Assembly (NCBI GenBank): GCA_040384945.1
Contig: JAZKII010000004.1
Location: forward strand, 12,654 to 66,417
DNA length: 53,764 nucleotides
Direction of reading: 5' to 3'
Source of the DNA: Pseudomonadota bacterium
Lineage (GTDB): Bacteria > Pseudomonadota > Alphaproteobacteria > Rickettsiales > UBA1997
The translations under genes were made by a program, and so were the position numbers. The notes beneath the pieces were generated by a model. That model saw only the letters and a program-made list of their open reading frames with translations, was not told the DNA's origin and did no database searches. Below are positions 1 to 7,193 of the stretch, in pieces. Position 1 is the first letter of the stretch. Each line of letters begins with the position of its first letter.

Positions 1-30
1 GCACTTCGTGCTTTGCTAGGGTGACCTAAA
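1..30. repeat. Partial copy of palindromic (REP/RPE-like) repeat family A, cut by the window edge
   Basis: GCAC-TTC-GTGC-TTTGCTAGGGTGACCTAA matches the hairpin+TTTGCTCGATGACCTAA end of the copy at 1515-1561. Confidence 0.7.
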
Positions 31-39
31 ATCGGAGAA

Positions 40-768
40 TTAGTTAGGATTCCCAAATATTGTTTTCGCAATCGTCAAAACTTTCACTTTTTTCGCGCCA
101 TATTTTTTTAGAATTTTTGCACAGTTCTCAACCGTTGCGCCTGTTGTCATTACGTCATCAATTAATAAAATATTTTTGCCTTTTATAGTTTCCAAATATT
201 TAGCATTTATTGCAAAAACATTTTTTAAATTATTTTCGCGCTCCTTTTTCTTCAAAAAAATCTGCGATTTTGTATCTTTAATTCTCACCATTAAATCAGG
301 GAAAAACTGCATTTCTGGCGCTAATTTTAACAGATTTTTCGCGAGCAAAACCGCCTGATTAAATTTCCTTTTCCGCAATCGCGAAACATGCAGCGGAACT
401 GCAACCACAAGCTCGCAATCCTTAATTTCATTTTTCGATTTATCAAAAAGAATCCGCGCAAATTTTTTAGCTAAAAAAGTCTGATCACGATATTTCAGCG
501 AACCAACAATTTTTTTCAAAATATCATCATAACGAAAAATCGTGATTACGCGATCAAAGGCAGGTTTTTTGGTCAAACATTTACCGCAAATTAAACTCAA
601 GCCTTGAAACTCAAACGGATAAGCGCAAATTGTGCATTTAGGTTCGCAGATGAATTGCAATTTCAGCCAGCAACTTTCACAAAATAAGCCGTCAATACTG
701 ATGATTTTCTCGCAGGACAGGCAGTGGTTCGGAAAAATAATTTCCGATATTTTTTTTAAAATTTTCAT
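40..768 (-). CDS. comF: ComF family double zinc-ribbon / phosphoribosyltransferase-like protein
   Basis: Four CxxC motifs at the N-terminus, R-K-F-N-Q motif, PRT motif LLIDDVMTTGAT. Start placed at ATG 768 (MKILKKISEIIFP); the ORF track starts at 786. Confidence 0.92.
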   Translation of the reverse strand: MKILKKISEIIFPNHCLSCEKIISIDGLFCESCWLKLQFICEPKCTICAYPFEFQGLSLICGKCLTKKPAFDRVITIFRYDDILKKIVGSLKYRDQTFLAKKFARILFDKSKNEIKDCELVVAVPLHVSRLRKRKFNQAVLLAKNLLKLAPEMQFFPDLMVRIKDTKSQIFLKKKERENNLKNVFAINAKYLETIKGKNILLIDDVMTTGATVENCAKILKKYGAKKVKVLTIAKTIFGNPN

Positions 769-777
769 TTCGAAGTG

Positions 778-1539
778 ATGATTCAAGAGGTTTTATTCGA
801 TCGCGATTTGCTTGCCAAAAATAAGTTGCGCGCGCGTTCGAAGTTTTTAGATCATAATTTTTTGCATCATGAAGTTGCAAATAGAATTGCGGAAAATGTT
901 AAGTTTTTGAATCGTGAATTTAAGGATATTCTAGAAATTGGCGCGATGGATGATTATTTGTCGAAGCAGGTAAATGAAGGTGGTGCGCAATATAAATTTA
1001 TGGAAGATGCAGAGATTTTGCCTTTTGAAAAAGAATCTTTTGATTTGATTTTGAGCAACTTAAATTTTCATTATATTAACCAGATTCCGCAATTTTTGAT
1101 AAATGTGAAAGAAGTTTTAAAGCCAGGCGGCGTGTTTATCGCCAGCTTTTTTGGTGAAGAAAATTTAAGCGAATTGGCTCACGTTTTATATGAAACGGAA
1201 AATGAAATTTACAACGGCGTTTCACCAAGAATGCCGCCGACAATTGATGTGAAAACTGCGGCGAGTTTATTGCAAAAAGCCGGATTTCAAAATCCGATTT
1301 CAGATTTTGCGAAAATTGAGGTGGAATATTCTGATCCGTTAAATTTGTTAAAAGATTTGAAAATGATGGGGCAGGGGAATGTGATGGTGAAACGCTCGCG
1401 CAAGTTTTTTACGAAGGAGTTTTTGAATAAAATTTCGCAGAATTATAAAAAGATTTACCCGAGTGGAGTTGCAACTTTTGAAGTTGTGACGGTTACGGGG
1501 TGGAAGGAAGATCCAGCTAGCATCTCGACGACGGCCTAA
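778..1539 (+). CDS. SAM-dependent methyltransferase (BioC/NDUFAF5-like)
   Basis: ILEIGA SAM-binding strand, LPFEKESFDLILSNL, VLKPGGVF, DLKMMG, ATFEVVTVTGW. Divergent from comF. Confidence 0.85.
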   Translation: MIQEVLFDRDLLAKNKLRARSKFLDHNFLHHEVANRIAENVKFLNREFKDILEIGAMDDYLSKQVNEGGAQYKFMEDAEILPFEKESFDLILSNLNFHYINQIPQFLINVKEVLKPGGVFIASFFGEENLSELAHVLYETENEIYNGVSPRMPPTIDVKTAASLLQKAGFQNPISDFAKIEVEYSDPLNLLKDLKMMGQGNVMVKRSRKFFTKEFLNKISQNYKKIYPSGVATFEVVTVTGWKEDPASISTTA

Positions 1540-1635
1540 CGGCTTTTGCTCGATGACCTAAAATTTTTACTTCGTGTAAACAATTATTAGGTCATCGAGC
1601 AAAGCGCTTTAGCGCGTCGTCGAGATGCTGGCTCG
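1515..1635. repeat. Inverted pair of repeat family A (about 47-49 bp units) forming a long hairpin
   Basis: AGCTAGCATCTCGACGACG..TTTGCTCGATGACCTAA (1515-1561) is the reverse complement of TTAGGTCATCGAGCAAA..GTCGTCGAGATGCTGGCT (1587-1633), apart from a variable internal hairpin and one mismatch. Confidence 0.9.
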
Positions 1636-1654
1636 ATATAAAAACAATTAAAAA

Positions 1655-3028
1655 ATGACAAAAAAATTACACATTAAAACTTACGGCTGCCAAATGAATG
1701 TTTACGACTCAGATCGTATGCAAGATTTAATGACGGCGGTTGGTTATGAAACTATAGAAACGCCGGAAGGTGCTGACATGGTTATCATTAATACTTGTCA
1801 CATTCGCGAAAAGGCTTCGGAAAAATTATTTTCTGATTTAGGGCGCATTCGTCCGCATAAAGATAAAATGAAAAATGCCGGCAGTCAAATGATCGTTGCG
1901 GTTGCTGGTTGCGTGGCTCAGGCTGAAGGTGAAGAAATTTTTAGAAGATCAAATGTTGTTGATATTATTGTTGGCCCTGAAAGTTATCAAAGCTTGCCAG
2001 ATCTGGTTGGAAAAGTTATTCGCGACAAGAAAAAACAAATTAATCTCGAATTTACGCCTAATGATAAATTTGATATTTTACCACAAGCTCAAGCTGGAAC
2101 TGGCGCCAGCGCTTTTGTAACGATTCAGGAAGGTTGCGATAAATTCTGTACTTTCTGCGTTGTGCCTTACACCCGTGGTGCTGAATATTCGCGTGAGGCG
2201 CATAAAATTTATGATGATGCTTTAAAATTGGCGCAAAAAGGTGTTAAAGAAATTTATTTTTTAGGCCAAAATGTGAATGCTTATCACGGTTTGGATGAGA
2301 ATGGCGAAGTTGTAACTTTAGCCAAATTAGTCGAAAAAATTGCGGCAATTCCGGAAATTGAAAGAGTTCGTTATACCACTTCACATCCGCGCGATATGAG
2401 TGATGAATTGATCGCAGCGCATCGCGATAGTACAAAATTAATGCCGTTTTTGCATTTGCCGATTCAATCCGGCGCGAATAATGTTTTGAAAGGAATGAAC
2501 CGCAAACATACGCGTCAGGATTATTTTAAGATTATTGAAAAGCTTAGAAAAGAGCGGCCGGATATGGGATTATCGTCGGATTTTATTGTTGGTTTTCCCG
2601 GCGAAACAGATCAGGATTTTGAAGATACTTTAGATTTAGTTAGAAAAATTGGTTTCACTCAATGTTATTCTTTCAAATATTCGCCACGTCCCGGAACGCC
2701 GGCGGCGGACGCTAAAATTCAAGTTGATGAAAAAGTAAAAGATGAGCGTTTGGCGAGATTGCAAAAACTTTTAACCGAACAACAAACGGAATTTAATAAA
2801 AAATCCGAAGGGCAGGTGATGAAAGTTTTATTTGAAAAAGAAGCCCCGAAATCCGGCAAAGCCAGGGCGCGCGCTGCGACCCAGCTTTGGGGAAAATCGC
2901 CTTATTTGCAGTCAGTTATTGTTGACGTGGAAAATGAAGAAGAAGCGCAAAAATATTTAGGGCAAATTGCCGAAGTTAAAATATTGAAAGCGCGCCCAAG
3001 TAGCTTGGTTGGGGAATTGGTTTTATAA
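1655..3028 (+). CDS. miaB: tRNA-i6A37 methylthiotransferase MiaB
   Basis: KTYGCQMNVYDS, NTCHIREKA, radical-SAM CDKFCTFC, DFIVGFPGET, YSPRPGTPAA, C-terminal TRAM domain. Confidence 0.98.
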   Translation: MTKKLHIKTYGCQMNVYDSDRMQDLMTAVGYETIETPEGADMVIINTCHIREKASEKLFSDLGRIRPHKDKMKNAGSQMIVAVAGCVAQAEGEEIFRRSNVVDIIVGPESYQSLPDLVGKVIRDKKKQINLEFTPNDKFDILPQAQAGTGASAFVTIQEGCDKFCTFCVVPYTRGAEYSREAHKIYDDALKLAQKGVKEIYFLGQNVNAYHGLDENGEVVTLAKLVEKIAAIPEIERVRYTTSHPRDMSDELIAAHRDSTKLMPFLHLPIQSGANNVLKGMNRKHTRQDYFKIIEKLRKERPDMGLSSDFIVGFPGETDQDFEDTLDLVRKIGFTQCYSFKYSPRPGTPAADAKIQVDEKVKDERLARLQKLLTEQQTEFNKKSEGQVMKVLFEKEAPKSGKARARAATQLWGKSPYLQSVIVDVENEEEAQKYLGQIAEVKILKARPSSLVGELVL

Positions 3029-4540
3029 GATTATACAATCACTATTTTGATTTCTTTTAACTGCTTGATGAGTTCTAATCTTAACGTTATTTCCATAGGG
3101 GTTGTTTCCCTGAGATGTAATTGGTTCTCGAGTTTCTGATTTTGCTTCTTCAGAAACTGTTGGTGTAATTGGTGCTGGATTTTCCAATATTGCTTCTTCA
3201 GAAGCTTTTGGTGCAATTGCTGTTGAAGCTTTTGTACTACTTGCTGCTGAAACTTTTTGTGTAGCTGCTGCCTGTTTTTTAGTATTCTTTTTTATCTTTT
3301 CTCGGGCTATAACAAAATCTTCATCCATATCTACAATATTATGATTTTGTAGAATTCTCCGTGCGCAACCATAAAGTTCACATTCTATAGTTTTGTCTAA
3401 AAGAAATTTTCTTGATTCCAGAGGAAGTCTAGGAAAAAGGGCTTGATCAAGACCATCTACAAAAGCTTTTACCAATAAAACATTGTGATGTTCTTCAGCT
3501 AAAAATTTTTCAGCGACTTTTAAAACTATTTCATCGTCCATTTTTCCTGACATAAGAAGAAGTCTGGCTGTGTCATATTCTTGGTGTTCAAGTGCCAAAG
3601 AAAGAGCATCTACAGGAAGAGCGCCTTTTGTTTTGGGGCCAATGTCATTTGGATTGGCACCTTTTTTTAGAAGCAGATCTATCAAAGAATTATAGGCATT
3701 ACCATAAATTGCCTTATATAAAGGCGTTGTATCAAACTCATTACTTCTAATATTTGCGAAATCTTTTTCGAATTTTTTTAATAATTCTGAAGACGATGTT
3801 TCTTGCGCCATCCAATCAAAATAGCGTTGTAAGGCAACTACACCTCTAGTTTCACAAATATCACTAATTGCAATAAATCCTTTTATTCTAAAATCATTTA
3901 GATCCTGTTTTCCAATTTCTTCTTTAGCTAATTTTATAGCAGATCGTTGGGAATCGGAAGTGGCTTTTTCTCCCATGATAACAAGCACACCATCATGTTT
4001 AGCTCTTTTGGCATTTTCCAAATTAATGTCAAAATCACGATTAATATCTGCTCCGATTTCAAGTAAGAAATTAATGCTTTTTTTATAAGCCTTGCCGCTA
4101 ATAGCATGAGTTAGAAGTTTTTTTCCTTTAGCATCATGTTCGTTTAAAATTTCTAATACTAACTCTTTACCATGTTTTTCTTCAATAGCCTGAAAATAAG
4201 ATTCTAAAACTTCTCGGCTTTGCATTCTGCAAGCACCGACAAGAAAATTTGTTTCATGAGATTGGCGTTTCGAAGGATGGAATCCGGCATCGATTAATAT
4301 TTTAAAACTTTGAGTAAATTTGCGGTCAACTGCCGATTGCAAGATTTCATTATGACTTGGTATTTCTTGAATGTAGTGGGAAAGATTTTCATCTTCTAAA
4401 ATAGTTTTTAGCAGATCATCTCTATTGCTCTTGATTGATGAGTTTACAAATTCAGCAAATGTTGTTTGGTCAGTAATATATGCTCTTATATCTGCAATTT
4501 CTGTTTGTGAAGTTCTTGTGCCTCTTGAAGTTTTAGACAT
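3023..4540 (-). CDS. Ankyrin-repeat protein ending in a CaaX motif (CIIL); putative effector
   Basis: TPLYKAI..LIDLLLKKGANPN and FLLEIGADIN ankyrin-like repeats. ATG 4540 is preceded by GAGGT; the ORF track starts at 4600. Confidence 0.8.
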   Translation of the reverse strand: MSKTSRGTRTSQTEIADIRAYITDQTTFAEFVNSSIKSNRDDLLKTILEDENLSHYIQEIPSHNEILQSAVDRKFTQSFKILIDAGFHPSKRQSHETNFLVGACRMQSREVLESYFQAIEEKHGKELVLEILNEHDAKGKKLLTHAISGKAYKKSINFLLEIGADINRDFDINLENAKRAKHDGVLVIMGEKATSDSQRSAIKLAKEEIGKQDLNDFRIKGFIAISDICETRGVVALQRYFDWMAQETSSSELLKKFEKDFANIRSNEFDTTPLYKAIYGNAYNSLIDLLLKKGANPNDIGPKTKGALPVDALSLALEHQEYDTARLLLMSGKMDDEIVLKVAEKFLAEEHHNVLLVKAFVDGLDQALFPRLPLESRKFLLDKTIECELYGCARRILQNHNIVDMDEDFVIAREKIKKNTKKQAAATQKVSAASSTKASTAIAPKASEEAILENPAPITPTVSEEAKSETREPITSQGNNPYGNNVKIRTHQAVKRNQNSDCIIL

Positions 4541-4615
4541 ATTTACCTCGAATGAATTAATAATAATTTCATCCTTAGGTTGTGTTTTTCTGTTTTGCAA
4601 TCGCTTTATGGTAGT

Positions 4616-5296
4616 TTAAAAAACCACCGCTGCACCAAATGTCACCCAATCATTGTGATTGCCGTTAATGTTGCGTCCGTAAATTAAATCTAACACTAAA
4701 TAATGCGTTGCGATATATCTCGTTGCAGCCTGAATTGCTGGGGCTTTCGGGCCATTTCTTAATTGGCCGTTAGTCTGAAAAAATTCACCAATTAAAGAAA
4801 AATCATTAGTTAAATGCACTTCGGAACCAAGTCCGTAATTTAAAAAATCGGTGCTTTTATTATTGCCAATCGCATGCCGCCAATTTTGCCAGCCGACATA
4901 AATATTGAGATCGACAATTTTATTTAAACGCTTGGTTGTTGAGCTATAAAGATAATTTCCGTAAATGCCGCTATCGGTAGAGGAATAATTGACGCCGGCA
5001 GTAACGCTGCTCCAAATGCCTTCACCCTTATGAATTAAATATTTTAGCTGCGGCCATAATGTGTTATTGGCGCCGCTGGAAGTGTAGGTTTCTTGAACTG
5101 CAAATTCGGCGTTGGTGAAAATTTGATAAGCGGGATTGCTGACATAAATATTTTCACCGGTAGAGCTGTGGCTATACCAATTTTCGATCTGAAGTTTTTT
5201 AGCTTCAATAACCCCGCCATCATCAACCAGATATGCGCTGGCGGCGTAAGAAATTGAAGGAAGTAAAAATAGGAAAAGAAAAAATAAAATTCTCAA
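4616..5296 (-). CDS. Exported protein, probable outer-membrane beta-barrel
   Basis: Signal peptide (MRILFFLFLFLLPSISYA), alternating aromatic/polar strands, terminal Phe. Confidence 0.6.
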   Translation of the reverse strand: MRILFFLFLFLLPSISYAASAYLVDDGGVIEAKKLQIENWYSHSSTGENIYVSNPAYQIFTNAEFAVQETYTSSGANNTLWPQLKYLIHKGEGIWSSVTAGVNYSSTDSGIYGNYLYSSTTKRLNKIVDLNIYVGWQNWRHAIGNNKSTDFLNYGLGSEVHLTNDFSLIGEFFQTNGQLRNGPKAPAIQAATRYIATHYLVLDLIYGRNINGNHNDWVTFGAAVVF

Positions 5297-5313
5297 AATT
5301 ATCTAAAACTGAA

Positions 5314-5400
5314 ATGAATATTATTGGCATTATTGGCCTTAACAGTTTTGGAAAATCAACATTTATCAGAATGTTAACAAAAGAAGTTGATCAGGCAGTT
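5314..5400 (+). pseudogene. Degenerate ABC(-F) ATPase Walker-A fragment
   Basis: IIGIIGLNSFGKSTFIRML resembles the IVGIIGPNGAGKSTLFRMI segment of ABC-F proteins; no other ABC motifs nearby. Confidence 0.45.
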
Positions 5401-5425
5401 CATAAAAAAACAAAAGCCGAAACAG

Positions 5426-7090
5426 TTAATCCAAATAAGATAATTCTCTTGGTCCTTTTTTAATTTTGGCAGCTTCAATAGCAGCAATTCTGCTGGGTGG
5501 TTCATTCTTTTTAGATATTTTAATACTTTCCGGAACTGATTGTTGTAAAAAGTGATCCAAACCAATTATTTCAAAGAAGCTTTCTTGATTTTTCATAGCC
5601 TTACTAATTTCTGCCGGAAGAACATGAGCTTCACGATAAGCTTCAAAAATTGCAGCTCGATGCTCTTTGCTTGTTATATCAAAACCAAGGGCATCATTAA
5701 TGGTATAATCCTTATTTATGGAGCCGCGAAGAGGATTAAGTGTTATTTGATTTGTATCAATTCTTTTACATAAAATATTAACGGCTTCTTGAACTTCTTT
5801 CGAAGCAAAGAATGATTGGCCTGGAACTCTTTTTTTCTCTACATCAGTTGTTTTGCTCACTTTTCCAAAATGTCCTCCATCAAGACGAAAGGTAAAACGC
5901 TCGCCGTTAGGAGATATGCCGGCAATAATATGAACAGTCCCGGCTCTGCATTTATACTCGAGGCCGCCAACGCAATTATTCATTTCTCTTCCTTCTTGGC
6001 TTATCTCAGCAAGAGTGGTCAAAGCTCTAAACTTGCATCCATTAATTTCCTGATCGGGAAATATTTTGTGCCATTCGGGCAGGCGTTGGTAATTTCCCTC
6101 ACTTTTAAACTTTTCTACTCTTTCAAGAAAAAAAGGTCGCGCCTCGTTAATTTGAGTGGTTAAACGATCAAGTCGCTCAGCATTTTCAACTAATTTTTGC
6201 GGGCTAAGTTTACTAAGTATGGTATCACTTACTAAATCGGAAACTTGAAATAAAGTATGAGCTGTAAACCAATCATTATATCTCTGAAATCGTTGTGGAT
6301 TATGGGTTAGGATCAATGAATTCTTTGCAGTCTCTTGATATCTCGCGATATATTCAGGCAGAACTAAATCTTTAGCAATTGATTGAGAATATTCTTTTAG
6401 TAACTCAGGAAAGTTTCGCGTAATTACTGCGCCATTTTCTGTCCATCTTCTTTCGGTATTAAAAAAGATTTTTGATTTTATTTGCGGTTTGAGATCGCTA
6501 TCATTTACAGCTGTGAGAATTTTATACATTGCATCATATTGTTCACGATCGCTGTGGGGCAGGGGAAGATCTGAAATTCTTCTAGTATAAGTTTTTTCAT
6601 CAGTAATGCCTGTACTATCAACAATACCTTCATGCGTAATATCATAAAGTGCTTTTGCTGTAGTTATAGAAGATGCATGACTTATGCGTTTCATAAAGGC
6701 GGTGCTTGCAAAAGACATTTCTAAATGTTCTTTCAAACTATCAGTAGGCTTTGATGATTCGCCTTGATCAAAATTTTTCAGTAGATGTTTTCCGATAGAT
6801 GGAGAGTTTTCTATAACTCTAACCATTAATGGAAATGTTCCAAGCAGCTTACTACGATTACGAATTGCACGTTGGGTTCCTATTTCATCATATTCATTCT
6901 TTTGAGGTATGCAGTAATTATAAATCCTAAGTTCTTCGTGGCTGGGATTTACATCAAGTTTTAGATTAAAGAGGGCTTGTTGATTTAGAGGTTTTATATC
7001 GGGAACATTTGTTACGACAGCATTTGTAAGATATGTAGAACGCATCAAATTTTGTGAAACACGAAGCGCAGAAGGCAATATCTTTTTCAT
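5426..7090 (-). CDS. Large protein with a PcfJ-like C-terminal domain
   Basis: LTTLAEISQEGREMNNCVGG..CRAG..HI fits the PcfJ-like L..EG..M.(H)CVG pattern. Confidence 0.65.
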   Translation of the reverse strand: MKKILPSALRVSQNLMRSTYLTNAVVTNVPDIKPLNQQALFNLKLDVNPSHEELRIYNYCIPQKNEYDEIGTQRAIRNRSKLLGTFPLMVRVIENSPSIGKHLLKNFDQGESSKPTDSLKEHLEMSFASTAFMKRISHASSITTAKALYDITHEGIVDSTGITDEKTYTRRISDLPLPHSDREQYDAMYKILTAVNDSDLKPQIKSKIFFNTERRWTENGAVITRNFPELLKEYSQSIAKDLVLPEYIARYQETAKNSLILTHNPQRFQRYNDWFTAHTLFQVSDLVSDTILSKLSPQKLVENAERLDRLTTQINEARPFFLERVEKFKSEGNYQRLPEWHKIFPDQEINGCKFRALTTLAEISQEGREMNNCVGGLEYKCRAGTVHIIAGISPNGERFTFRLDGGHFGKVSKTTDVEKKRVPGQSFFASKEVQEAVNILCKRIDTNQITLNPLRGSINKDYTINDALGFDITSKEHRAAIFEAYREAHVLPAEISKAMKNQESFFEIIGLDHFLQQSVPESIKISKKNEPPSRIAAIEAAKIKKGPRELSYLD

Positions 7091-7193
7091 ACGAAATAAT
7101 AAAATTAACTGAGATCAAAATAACAACCCGAAGTTGACAAAATAAAGAATATTTTCAATCAATTTATAGCAAGTATTTATCTCTCTGATTATT

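Noticed and set aside
1906-1913. TGGTTGCG as a third att copy
   Set aside because: Only 8 bp, inside miaB coding sequence; chance match. No second att was found for the 15.7-19 kb block
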